From Paragordius varius (lineage: Eukaryota; Animalia; Nematomorpha), in the NCBI GenBank assembly GCA_964247055.1, contig OZ176052.1, positions 14,136,001 to 14,200,000 of the forward strand: DNA of 64,000 nt. The letters are read 5' to 3'. Every line of letters begins with the position of its first letter. The stretch's first letter is position 1. Positions 10,701 to 25,215 of the stretch are shown one piece after another. The notes beneath the pieces were generated by a model. That model saw only the letters and a program-made list of their open reading frames with translations. It did no database searches and was not told the DNA's origin. The position numbers and the translations under genes are program-made.

Positions 10701-13700
10701 TTGGATTTTAGGTAGCCATTTTTATTTTTAAAATCGTATAAAATAAATTTTTTAAATATTTAAAAAATTCAAAAAAATTACATTTATACTCCGATCTCGA
10801 AAATATTTGGGGTGATGATGGAACTACCATAGGGCTACCCAAAAAAAATTATGGCGACATCACCTGATCAAATTTGGATTTTAGGTAGCCATTTTTATTT
10901 TTAAAATCGTATAAAATAAATTTTTTAAATATTTAAAAAATTCATAAAAATTACATTTATACTCCGATCTCGAAAATATTTGGGGTGATGATGGAACTAC
11001 CATAGGGCTACCCAAAAAAAATTATAGTGACATCACCTGATCAAATTTGGATTTTAGGTAACCATTTTTATTTTTAAAATCGTATAAAATAAATTTTTTA
11101 AATATTTAAAAAATTCATAAAAATTACATTTATAGTCCGATCCCCAAAATATTTGAGGTGATGATGGAACAACCATAGGGCTACGCAAAAAAAATTATGG
11201 CGACATCACCTGATCAAATTTGGATTTTAGGTAGCCATTTTTATTTTTAAAATCGTATAAAATAATTTTTTTAAATATTTAAAAAATTCATAAAAATTAC
11301 ATTTATACTCCGACCTCGAAAATATTTGGGGTGATGATGGAACTACCATAGGGCTACGCAAAAAAAATTATAGTGACATCACCTGATCAAATTTGGATTT
11401 TAGATAGCCATTTTTATTTTTAAAATCGTATAAAATAAATTTTTTAAATATTTAAAAAATTCATAAAAATTACATTTATAGTCCGATCCCCAAAATATTT
11501 GGGGTGATGATGGAATTACCATAGGGCTACCCAAAAAAAATTATGGTGACATCACCTGATCAAATTTGGATTTTAGGTAGCCATTTTTATTTTTAATATC
11601 GTATAAAATAAATTTTTTAAATATTTAAAAAATTCATAAAAATTACATTTATAGTCCGATCCCCAAAATATTTGAGGTGATGATGGAACAACCATAGGGC
11701 TACGCAAAAAAAATTATGGCGACATCACCTGATCAAATTTGGATTTTAGGTAGCCATTTTTATTTTTAAAATCGTATAAAATAAATTTTTTAAATATTTA
11801 AAAAATTCAAAAAAATTACATTTATACTCCGATCTCGAAAATATTTGGGGTGATGATGGAACTACCATAGGGCTACCGAAAAAAAATTATGGCGACATCA
11901 CCTGATCAAATTTGGATTTTAGGTAGCCATTTTTATTTTTAAAATCGTATAAAATAAATTTTTTAAATATTTAAAAAATTCATAAAAATTACATTTATAC
12001 TCCGATCTCGAAAATATTTGGGGTGATGATGGAACTACCATAGGGCTACCCAAAAAAAATTATAGTGACATCACCTGATCAAATTTGGATTTTAGGTAGC
12101 CATTTTTATTTTTAAAATCGTATAAAATAAATTTTTTAAATATTTAAAAAATTCATAAAAATTACATTTATAGTCCGATCCCCAAAATATTTGGGGTGAT
12201 GATGGAACTACCATAGGGCTACCCAAAAAAAATTATGGTGACATCACCTCATCAAATTTGGATTTTAGGTAGTCATTTTTATTTTTAAAATCGTATAAAA
12301 TAAATTTTTTAAATATTTAAAAAATTCATAAAAATTACATTTATAGTCCGATCCCCAAAATATTTGGGGTGATGATGGAACTACCATAGGGCTACCCAAA
12401 AAAAATTATAGTGACATCACCTGATCAAATTTGGATTTTAGGTAGCCATTTTTATTTTTAAAATCGTATAAAATAAATTTTTTAAATATTTAAAAAATTC
12501 ATAAAAATTACATTTATAGTCCGATCCCCAAAATATTTGGGGTGATGATGGAACTACCATAGGGCTACCCAAAAAAAATTATGGTGACATCACCTCATCA
12601 AATTTGGATTTTAGGTAGTCATTTTTATTTTTAAAATCGTATAAAATAAATTTTTTAAATATTTAAAAAATTCAAAAAAATTACATTTATACTCCGATCT
12701 CGACAATATTTGGGGTGATGATGGAACTACCATAGGGCTACCCAAAAAAAATTATGGTGACATCACCTGATCAAATTTGGATTTTAGGTAGCCATTTTTA
12801 TTTTTAAAATCGTATAAAATAAATTTTTTAAATATTTAAAAAATTCATAAAAATTACATTTATAGTCCGATCCCCAAAATATTTGAGGTGATGATGGAAC
12901 AACCATAGGGCTACGCAAAAAAAATTATGGCGACATCACCTGATCAAATTTGTAGGCAGCCATTTTTATTTTTAAAATCGTATAAAATAAATTTTTTAAA
13001 TATTTAAAAAATTCAAAAAAATTACATTTATACTCCGATCTCGAAAATATTTGGGGTGATGATGGAACTACCATAGGGCTACCCAAAAAAAATTATGGCG
13101 ACATCACCTGATCAAATTTGGATTTTAGGTAGCCATTTTTATTTTTAAAATCGTATAAAATAAATTTTTTAAATATTTAAAAAATTCATAAAAATTACAT
13201 TTATACTCCGATCTCGAAAATATTTGGGGTGATGATGGAACTACCATAGGACTACCCAAAAAAAATTATAGTGACATCACCTGATCAAATTTGGATTTTA
13301 GGTAGCCATTTTTATTTTTAAAATCGTATAAAATAAATTTTTTAAATATTTAAAAAATTCATAAAAATTACATTTATAGTCCGATCCCCAAAATATTTGG
13401 GGTGATGATGGAACTACCATAGGGCTACCCAAAAAAAATTATGTTGACATCACCTGATCAAATTTGGATTTTAGGTAGCCATTTTTATTTTTAAAATCGT
13501 ATAAAATAAATTTTTTAAATATTTAAAAAATTCAAAAAAATTACATTTATACTCCGATCTCGAAAATATTTGGGGTGATGATGGAACTACCATAGGGCTA
13601 CCCAAAAAAAATTATGGCGACATCACCTGATCAAATTTGGATTTTAGGTAGCCATTTTTATTTTTAAAATCGTATAAAATAAATTTTTTAAATATTTAAA

Positions 13701-15898
13701 AAATTCATAAAAATTACATTTATACTCCGATCTCGACAATATTTGGGGTGATGATGGAACTACGATAGGTCTACCCAAAAAAAATTATAGTGACATCACC
13801 TGATCAAATTTGGATTTTAGGTAGCCATTTTTATTTTTAAAATCGTATAAAATAAATTTTTTAAATATTTAAAAAAAATCATAAAAATTACATTTATAGT
13901 CCGATCCCCAAAATATTTGGGGTGATGATGGAACAACCATAGGGCTACGCAAAAAAAATTATGGCGACATCACCTGATCAAATTTGGATTTTAGGTAGCC
14001 ATTTTTATTTTTAAAATCGTATAAAATAAATTTTTAAAATATTTAAAAAATTCAAAAAAATTACATTTATACTCCGATCTCGAAAATATTTGGGGTGATG
14101 ATGGAACTACCATAGGGCTACCCAAAAAAAATTATAGTGACATCACCTGATCAAATTTGGATTTTAGGTAACCATTTTTATTTTTAAAATCGTATAAAAT
14201 AAATTTTTTAAATATTTAAAAAATTCATAATAATTACATTTATAGTCCGATCCCCAAAATATTTGAGGTGATGATGGAACAACCATAGGGCTACGCAAAA
14301 AAAATTATGGCGACATCACCTGATCAAATTTGGATTTTAGGTAGCCATTTTTATTTTTAAAATCGTATAAAATAAATTTTTTAAATATTTAAAAAATTCA
14401 TAAAAATTACATTTAGAGTCCGATCCCCAAAATATTTGGGGTGATGATGGAATTACCATAGGGCTACCCAAAAAAAATTATGGTGACATCACCTGATCAA
14501 ACTTGGATTTTAGGTAGCCATTTTTATTTTTAATATCGTATAAAATAAATTTTTTAAATATTTAAAAAATTCATAAAAATTACATTTATAGTCCGATCCC
14601 CAAAATATTTGAGGTGATGATGGAACAACCATAGGGCTACGCAAAAAAAATTATGGCGACATCACCTGATCAAATTTGGATTTTAGGTAGCCATTTTTAT
14701 TTTAAAATCGTATAAAATAAATTTTTTAAATATTTAAAAAATTCAAAAAAATTACATTTATACTCCGATCTCGAAAATATTTGGGGTGATGATGGAACTA
14801 CCATAGGGCTACCCAAAAAAAATTATGGCGACATCACCTGATCAAATTTGGATTTTAGGTAGCCATTTTTATTTTTAAAATCGTATAAAATAAATTTTTT
14901 AAATATTTAAAAAATTCATAAAAATTACATTTATACTCCGATCTCGAAAATATTTGGGGTGATGATGGAACTACCATAGGGCTACCCAAAAAAAATTATA
15001 GTGACATCACCTGATCAAATTTGGATTTTAGGTAACCATTTTTATTTTTAAAATCGTATAAAATAAATTTTTTAAATATTTAAAAAATTCATAAAAATTA
15101 CATTTATAGTCCGATCCCCAAAATATTTGAGGTGATGATGGAACAACCATAGGGCTACGCAAAAAAAATTATGGCGACATCACCTGATCAAATTTGGATT
15201 TTAGGTAGCCATTTTTATTTTTAAAATCGTATAAAATAATTTTTTTAAATATTTAAAAAATTCATAAAAATTACATTTATACTCCGACCTCGAAAATATT
15301 TGGGGTGATGATGGAACTACCATAGGGCTACGCAAAAAAAATTATAGTGACATCACCTGATCAAATTTGGATTTTAGATAGCCATTTTTATTTTTAAAAT
15401 CGTATAAAATAAATTTTTTAAATATTTAAAAAATTCATAAAAATTACATTTATAGTCCGATCCCCAAAATATTTGGGGTGATGATGGAATTACCATAGGG
15501 CTACCCAAATAAAATTATGGTGACATCACCTGATCAAATTTGGATTTTAGGTAGCCATTTTTATTTTTAATATCGTATAAAATAAATTTTTTAAATATTT
15601 AAAAAATTCATAAAAATTACATTTATAGTCCGATCCCCAAAATATTTGAGGTGATGATGGAACAACCATAGGGCTACGCAAAAAAAATTATGGCGACATC
15701 ACCTGATCAAATTTGGATTTTAGGTAGCCATTTTTATTTTTAAAATCGTATAAAATAAATTTTTTAAATATTTAAAAAATTCAAAAAAATTACATTTATA
15801 CTCCGATCTCGAAAATATTTGGGGTGATGATGGAACTACCATAGGGCTACCGAAAAAAAATTATGGCGACATCACCTGATCAAATTTGGATTTTAGGT
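7777..15898. repeat. Tandem duplication of a 24-monomer unit; second copy lacks one monomer
   Basis: Offset 4,148 for the CCTCATC marker (8101/12249), dropping to 3,975 for CTACGATAGGT (9788/13763). Also shared: TTTGTAGGCAGCC deletion, ATGTTGAC, CATAATAATT, GAGTCC, CAAACTT, CGACCTCG and CTACCG. Confidence 0.9.
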
Positions 15899-18800
15899 AG
15901 CCATTTTTATTTTTAAAATCGTATAAAATAAATTTTTTAAATATTTAAAAAATTCATAAAAATTACATTTATACTCCGATCTCGAAAATATTTGGGGTGA
16001 TGATGGAACTACCATAGGGCTACCCAAAAAAAATTATAGTGACATCACCTGATCAAATTTGGATTTTAGGTAGCCATTTTTATTTTTAAAATCGTATAAA
16101 ATAAATTTTTTAAATATTTAAAAAATTCATAAAAATTACATTTATAGTCCGATCTCGACAATATTTGGGGTGATGATGGAACTACCATAGGTCTACCCAA
16201 AAAAAATTATAGTGACATCACCTGATCAAATTTGGATTTTAGGTAGCCATTTTTATTTTTAAAATCGTATAAAATAAATTTTTTAAATATTTAAAAAATT
16301 CATAAAAATTACATTTATACTCCGATCTCGAAAATATTTGGGGTGATGATGGAACTACCATAGGGCTACCCAAAAAAATTATAGTGACATCACCTGATCA
16401 AATTTGGATTTTAGGTAGCCATTTTTATTTTTAAAATCGTATAAAATAAATTTTTTAAATATTTAAAAAATTCATAAAAATTACATTTATACTCCGATCT
16501 CGAAAATATTTGGGGTGATGATGGAACTACCATAGGGCTACCCAAAAAAATTATAGTGACATCACCTGATCAAATTTGGATTTTTGGTAGCCATTTTTAT
16601 TTTTAAAATCGTATAAAATAAATTTTTTAAATATTTAAAAAATTCAAAAAAATTACATTTATACTCCGATCTCGAAAATATTTGGGGTGATGATGGAACT
16701 ACCATAGGGCTACCCAAAAAAAATTATGGCGACATCACCTGATCAAATTTGGATTTTAGGTAGCCATTTTTATTTTTAAAATCGTATAAAATAAATTTTT
16801 TAAATATTTAAAAAATTCATAAAAATTACATTTATACTCCGATCTCGAAAATATTAACTACCATAGGGCTACCCAAAAAAAATTATAGTGACATCACCTG
16901 ATCAAATTTGGATTTTAGGTAGCCATTTTTATTTTTAAAATCGTATAAAATAAATTTTTTAAATATTTAAAAAATTCATAAAAATTACATTTATAGTCCG
17001 ATCCCCAAAATATTTGGGGTGATGATGGTATTACCATAGGGCTACCCAAAAAAAATTATGGTGACATCACCTGATCAAATTTGGATTTTAGGTAGCCATT
17101 TTTATTTTTAATATCGTATAAAATAAATTTTTTAAATATTTAAAAAATTCATAAAAATTACATTTATAGTCCGATCCCCAAAATATTTGAGGTGATGATG
17201 GAACAACCATAGGGCTACGCAAAAAAAATTATGGCGACATCACCTGATCAAATTTGGATTTTAGGTAGCCATTTTTATTTTTAAAATCGTATAAAATAAA
17301 TTTTTTAAATATTTAAAAAATTCAAAAAAATTACATTTATACTCCGATCTCGAAAATATTTGGGGTGATGATGGAACTACCATAGGGCTACCCAAAAAAA
17401 ATTATAGTGACATCACCTGATCAAATTTGGATTTTAGGTAGCCATTTTTATTTTTAAAATCGTATAAAATAAATTTTTTAAATATTTAAAAAATTCATAA
17501 AAATTACATTTATAGTCCGATCCCCAAAATATTTGGGGTGATGATGGAATTACCATAGGGCTACCCAAAAAAAATATGGTGACATCACCTGATCAAATTT
17601 GGATTTTAGGTAGCCATTTTTATTTTTAATATCGTATAAAATAAATTTTTTAAATATTTAAAAAATTCATAAAAATTACATTTATAGTCCGATCCCCAAA
17701 ATATTTGAGGTGATGATGGAACAACCATAGGGCTACGCAAAAAAAATTATGGCGACATCACCTGATCAAATTTGGATTTTAGGTAGCCATTTTTATTTTT
17801 AAAATCGTATAAAATAAATTTTTTAAATATTTAAAAAATTCAAAAAAATTACATTTATACTCCGATCTCGAAAATATTTGGGGTGATGATGGAACTACCA
17901 TAGGGCTACCCAAAAAAATTATAGTGACATCACCTGATCAAATTTGGATTTTAGGTAGCCATTTTTATTTTTAAAATCGTATAAAATAAATTTTTTAAAT
18001 ATTTAAAAAATTCATAAAAATTACATTTATACTCCGATCTCGAAAATATTTGGGGTGATGATGGAACTACCATAGGGCTACCCAAAAAAATTATAGTGAC
18101 ATCACCTGATCAAATTTGGATTTTAGGTAGCCATTTTTATTTTTAAAATCGTATAAAATAAATTTTTTAAATATTTAAAAAATTCAAAAAATTACATTTA
18201 TACTCCGATCTCGAAAATATTTGGGGTGATGATGGAACTACCATAGGGCTACCCAAAAAAAATTATGGCGACATCACCTGATCAAATTTGGATTTTAGGT
18301 AGCCATTTTTATTTTTAAAATCGTATAAAATAAATTTTTTAAATATTTAAAAAATTCATAAAAATTACATTTATACTCCGATCTCGAAAATATTTGGGGT
18401 GATGATGGAACTACCATAGGGCTACCCAAAAAAAATTATAGTGACATCACCTGATCAAATTTGGATTTTAGGTAGCCATTTTTATTTTTAAAATCGTATA
18501 AAATAAATTTTTTAAATATTTAAAAAATTCATAAAAATTACATTTATAGTCCGATCCCCAAAATATTTGGGGTGATGATGGTATTACCATAGGGCTACCC
18601 AAAAAAATTTATGGTGACATCACCTGATCAAATTTGGATTTTAGGTAGCCATTTTTATTTTTAATATCGTATAAAATAAATTTTTTAAATATTTAAAAAA
18701 TTCATAAAAATTACATTTATAGTCCGATCCCCAAAATATTTGAGGTGATGATGGAACAACCATAGGGCTACGCAAAAAAAATTATGGCGACATCACCTGA

Positions 18801-20892
18801 TCAAATTTGGATTTTAGGTAGCCATTTTTATTTTTAAAATCGTATAAAATAAATTTTTTAAATATTTAAAAAATTCAAAAAAATTACATTTATACTCCGA
18901 TCTCGAAAATATTTGGGGTGATGATGGAACTACCATAGGGCTACCCAAAAAAAATTATGGCGACATCACCTGATCAAATTTGGATTTTAGGTAGCCATTT
19001 TTATTTTTAAAATCGTATAAAATAAATTTTTTAAATATTTAAAAAATTCATAAAAATTACATTTATACTCCGATCTCGAAAATATTTGGGGTGATGATGG
19101 AACTACCATAGGGCTACCCAAAAAAATTATAGTGACATCACCTGATCAAATTTGGATTTTAGGTAGCCATTTTTATTTTTAAAATCGTATAAAATAAATT
19201 TTTTAAATATTTAAAAAATTCAAAAAAATTACATTTATACTCCGATCTCGAAAATATTTGGGGTGATGATGGAACTACCATAGGGCTACCCAAAAAAAAT
19301 TATGGCGACATCACCTGATCAAATTTGGATTTTAGGTAGCCATTTTTATTTTTAAAATCGTATAAAATAAATTTTTTAAATATTTAAAAAATTCATAAAA
19401 ATTACATTTATACTCCGATCTCGAAAATATTTGGGGTGATGATGGAACTACCATCGGGCTACCCAAAAAAAATTATAGTGACATCACCTGATCAAATTTG
19501 GATTTTAGGTAGCCATTTTTATTTTTAAAATCGTATAAAATAAATTTTTTAAATATTTAAAAAATTCATAAAAATTACATTTATAGTCCGATCCCCAAAA
19601 TATTTGGGGTGATGATGGAATTACCATAGGGCTACCCAAAAAAAATTATGGTGACATCACCTGATCAAATTTGGATTTTAGGTAGCCATTTTTATTTTTA
19701 AAATCGTATAAAATAAATTTTTTAAATATTTAAATATTCATAAAAATTACATTTATAGTCCGATCCCCAAAATATTTGGGGTGATGATGGAACAACCATA
19801 GGGCTACGCAAAAAAAATTATGGCGACATCACCTGATCAAATTTGGATTTTAGCTAGCCATTTTTATTTTTAAAATCGTATAAAATAAATTTTTTAAATA
19901 TTTAAAAAATTCAAAAAAATTACATTTATACTCCGATCTCGAAAATATTTGGGGTGATGATGGAACTACCATAGGGCTACCCAAAAAAAATTATGGCGAC
20001 ATCACCTGATCAAATTTGGATTTTAGGTAGCCATTTTTATTTTTAAAATCGTATAAAATAAATTTTTTAAATGTTTAAAAAATTCATAAAAATTACATTT
20101 ATAGTCCGATCCCCAAAATATTTGGGGTGATGATGGAATTACCATAGGGCTACCCAAAAAAAATTATGGTGACATCACCTGATCAAATTTGGATTTTAGG
20201 TAGCCATTTTTATTTTTAAAATCGTATAAAATAAATTTTTTAAATATTTAAAAAATTCATAAAAATTACATTTATACTCCGATCTCGACAATATTTGGGG
20301 TGATGATGGAACTACCATAGGGCTACCCAAAAAAAATTATAGTGACATCACCTGATCAAATTTGGATTTTAGGTAGCCATTTTTATTTTTAAAATCGTAT
20401 AAAATAAATTTTTTAAATATTTAAAAAATTCAAAAAAAATACATTTATACTCCGATCTCGAAAATATTTGGGGTGATGATGGAACTACCATAGGGCTACC
20501 CAAAAAAAATTATGGCGACATCACCTGATCAAATTTGGATTTTAGGTAGCCATTTTTATTTTTAAAATCGTATAAAATAAATTTTTTAAATATTTAAATA
20601 TTCATAAAAATTACATTTATAGTCCGATCCCCAAAATATTTGGGGTGATGATGGAACAACCATAGGGCTACGCAAAAAAAATTATAGTGACATCACCTGA
20701 TCAAATTTGGATTTTAGGTAGCCATTTTTATTTTTAAAATCGTATAAAATAAATTTTTTAAATATTTAAAAAATTCATAAAAATTACATTTATAGTCCGA
20801 TCCCCAAAATATTTGGGGTGATGATGGAACAACCATAGGGCTACGCAAAAAAAATTATGGTGACATCACCTGATCAAATTTGGATTTTAGGT

Positions 20893-22360
20893 AGCCATTT
20901 TTATTTTTAAAATCGTATAAAATAAATTTTTTAAATATTTAAAAAATTCATAAAAATTACATTTATAGTCCGATCTCGACAATATTTGGGGTGATGATGG
21001 AACTACCATAGGTCTACCCAAAAAAAATTATAGTGACATCACCTGATCAAATTTGGATTTTAGGTAGCCATTTTTATTTTTAAAATCGTATAAAATAAAT
21101 TTTTTAAATATTTCAAAAATTCAAAAAAATTACATTTATACTCCGATCTCGACAATATTTGGGGTGATGATGGAACTACCATAGGGCTACCCAAAAAAAA
21201 TTATAATGACATCACCTGATCAAATTCGTATTTTAGGTAGCCATTTTTATTTTTAAAATCGTATAAAATAAATTTTTTAAATATTTAAAAAATTCATAAA
21301 AATTACATTTATAGTCCGATCTCGACAATATTTGGGGTGATGATGGAACTACCATAGGTCTACCCAAAAAAAATTATAGTGACATCACCTGATCAAATTT
21401 GGATTTTAGGTAGCCATTTTTATTTTTAAAATCGTATGAAATAAATTTTTTAAATATTTAAAAAATTCATAAAAATTACATTTATAGTCCGATCCCTAAA
21501 ATATTTGGGGTGATGATGGAACAACCATAGGGCTACGCAAAAAAAATTATGGCGACATCACCTGATCAAATTTGGATTTTAGGTAGCCATTTTTATTTTT
21601 CAAATCGTATAAAATAAATTTTTTAAATATTTAAAAAATTAAAAAAAATTACATTTATACTCCGATCTCGAAAATATTTGGGGTGATGATGGAACAACCA
21701 TAGGGCTACGCAAAAAAAATTATGGTGACATCACCTGATCAAATTTGGATTTTAGGTAGCCATTTTTATTTTTAAAATCGTATAAAATAAATTTTTTAAA
21801 TATTTAAAAAATTCATAAAAATTACATTTATAGTCCGATCTCGACAATATTTGGGGTGATGATGGAACTACCATAGGTCTACCCAAAAAAAATTATAGTG
21901 ACATCACCTGATCAAATTTGGATTTTAGGTAGCCATTTTTATTTTTAAAATCGTATAAAATAAATTTTTTAAATATTTCAAAAATTCAAAAAAATTACAT
22001 TTATACTCCGATCTCGACAATATTTGGGGTGATGATGGAACTACCATAGGGCTACCCAAAAAAAATTATAGTGACATCACCTGATCAAATTCGTATTTTA
22101 GGTAGCCATTTTTATTTTTAAAATCGTATAAAATAAATTTTTTAAATATTTAAAAAATTCATAAAAATTACATTTATAGTCCGATCTCGACAATATTTGG
22201 GGTGATGATGGAACTACCATAGGTCTACCCAAAAAAAATTATAGTGACATCACCTGATCAAATTTGGATTTTAGGTAGCCATTTTTATTTTTAAAATCGT
22301 ATGAAATAAATTTTTTAAATATTTAAAAAATTCATAAAAATTACATTTATAGTCCGATCC
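20893..22360. repeat. Local duplication at 5-monomer offset (865 bp)
   Basis: TTTC variant 21114/21979 and CGTATGAAA 21438/22303; AATTCGTA and GGTCTACC also shared. Confidence 0.8.
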
Positions 22361-23314
22361 CCAAAATATTTGGGGTGATGATGGAACTACCATAGGGCTA
22401 CCCAAAAAAAATTATGGTGACATCACCTGATCAAATTTGGATTTTAGGTAGCCATTTTTATTTTTAAAATCGTATAAAATAAATTTTTTAAATATTTAAA
22501 AAATTCAAAAAAATTACATTTATACTCCGATCTCGAAAATATTTGGGGTGATGATGGAACTACCATAGGGCTACCCAAAAAAAATTATGGTGACATCACC
22601 TGATCAAATTTGGATTTTAGGTAGCCATTTTTATTTTTAAAATCGTATAAAATAAATTTTTTAAATATTTAAAAAATTCAAAAAAATTACATTTATACTC
22701 CGATCTCGACAATATTTGGAGTGATGATGGAACTACCATAGGGCTACCCAAAAAAAATTATGGTGACATCACCTGATCAAATTTGGATTTTAGGTAGCCA
22801 TTTTTATTTTTAAAATCGTATGAAATAAATTTTTTAAATATTTAAAAAATTCATAAAAATTACATTTATAGTCCGATCCCCAAAATATTTGGGGTGATGA
22901 TGGAACTACCATAGGGCTACGCAAAAAAAATTATGGCGACATCACCTGATCAAATTTGGATTTTAGGTAGCCATTTTTATTTTTAAAATCGTATAAAATA
23001 AATTTTTTAAATATTTAAAAAATTCAAAAAAATTACATTTATACTCCGATCTCGAAAATATTTGGGGTGATGATGGAACTACCATAGGGCTACCCAAAAA
23101 AAATTATGGTGACATCACCTGATCAAATTTGGATTTTAGGTAGCCATTTTTATTTTTAAAATCGTATAAAATAAATTTTTTAAATATTTAAAAAATTCAA
23201 AAAAATTACATTTATACTCCGATCTCGACAATATTTGGAGTGATGATGGAACTACCATAGGGCTACCCAAAAAAAATTATGGTGACATCACCTGATCAAA
23301 TTTGGATTTTAGGT
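22277..23314. repeat. 3-monomer tandem duplication (519 bp)
   Basis: CGTATGAAA 22303/22822 and TTGGAGTG 22720/23239. Confidence 0.75.
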
Positions 23315-25215
23315 AGCCATTTTTATTTTTAAAATCGTATAAAATAAATTTTTTAAATATTTAAAAAATTCATAAAAATTACATTTATACTCCGATCTCG
23401 AAAATATTTGGGGTGATGATGGAACTACCATAGGGCTACCCAAAAAAATTATAGTGACTTCACCTGATCAAATTTGGATTTTAGGTAGCCATTTTTATTT
23501 TTAAAATCGTATAAAATAAATTTTTTAAATATTTAAAAAATTCATAAAAATTACATTTATAGTCCGATCCCCAAAATATTTGAGGTGATGATGGAACAAC
23601 CATAGGGCTACGCAAAAAAAATTATGGCGACATCACCTGATCAAATTTGGATTTTAGGTAGCCATTTTTATTTTTAAAATCGTATAAAATAAATTTTTTA
23701 AATATTTAAAAAATTCAAAAAAATTACATTTATACTCCGATCTCGAAAATATTTGGCGTGATGATGGAACTACCATAGGGCTACCCAAAAAAAATTATGG
23801 CGACATCACCTGATCAAATTTGGATTTTAGGTAGCCATTTTTATTTTTAAAATCGTATAAAATAAATTTTTTAAATATTTAAAAAATTCATAAAAATTAC
23901 ATTTATACTCCGATCTCGAAAATATTTGGGGTGATGATGGAACTACCATAGGGCTACCCAAAAAAAATTATAGTGACATCACCTGATCAAATTTGGATTT
24001 TAGGTTGCCATTTTTATTTTTAAAATCGTATAAAATAAATTTTTTAAATATTTAAAAAATTCATAAAAATTACATTTATAGTCCGATCCCCAAAATATTT
24101 GGGGTGATGATGGAATTACCATAGGGCTACCCAAAAAAAATTATGGTGACATCACCTGATCAAATTTGGATTTTAGGTAGCCATTTTTATTTTTAATATC
24201 GTATAAAATAAATTTTTTAAATATTTAAAAAATTCATAAAAATTACATTTATAGTCCGATCCCCAAAATATTTGAGGTGATGATGGAACAACCATAGGGC
24301 TACGCAAAAAAAATTATGGCGACATCACCTGATCAAATTTGGATTTTAGGTAGCCATTTTTATTTTTAAAATCGTATAAAATAAATTTTTTAAATATTTA
24401 AAAAAATCAAAAAAATTACATTTATACTCCGATCTCGAAAATATTGGGGGTGATGATGGAACTACCATAGGGCTACCCAAAAAAAATTATGGCGACATCA
24501 CCTGATCAAATTTGGATTTTAGGTAGCCATTTTTATTTTTAAAATCGTATAAAATAAATTTTTTAAATATTTAAAAAATTCATAAAAATTACATTTATAC
24601 TCCGATCTCGACAATATTTGGGGTGATGATGGAACTACCATAGGGCTACCCAAAAAAAATTATAGTGACATCACCTGATCAAATTTGGATTTTAGGTAGC
24701 CATTTTTATTTTTAAAATCGTATAAAATAAATTTTTTAAATATTTAAATATTCATAAAAATTACATTTATAGTCCGATCCCCAAAATATTTGGGGTGATG
24801 ATGGAACAACCATAGGGCTACGCAAAAAAAATTATGGCGACATCACCTGATCAAATTTGGATTTTAGGTAGCCATTTTTATTTTTAAAATCGTATAAAAT
24901 AAATTTTTTAAATATTTAAAAAATTCAAAAAAATTACATTTATACTCCGATCTCGAAAATATTTGGGGTGATGATGGAACTACCATAGGGCTACCCAAAA
25001 AAAATTATGGCGACATCACCTGATCAAATTTGGATTTTAGGTAACCATTTTTATTTTTAATATCGTATAAAATAAATTTTTTAAATATTTAAAAAATTCA
25101 TAAAAATTACATTTATAGTCCGATCCCCAAAATATTTAGGGTGATGATGGAACTACCATAGGGCTACCCAAAAAAAATTATGGCGACATCACCTGATCAA
25201 ATTTGGATTTTAGGT

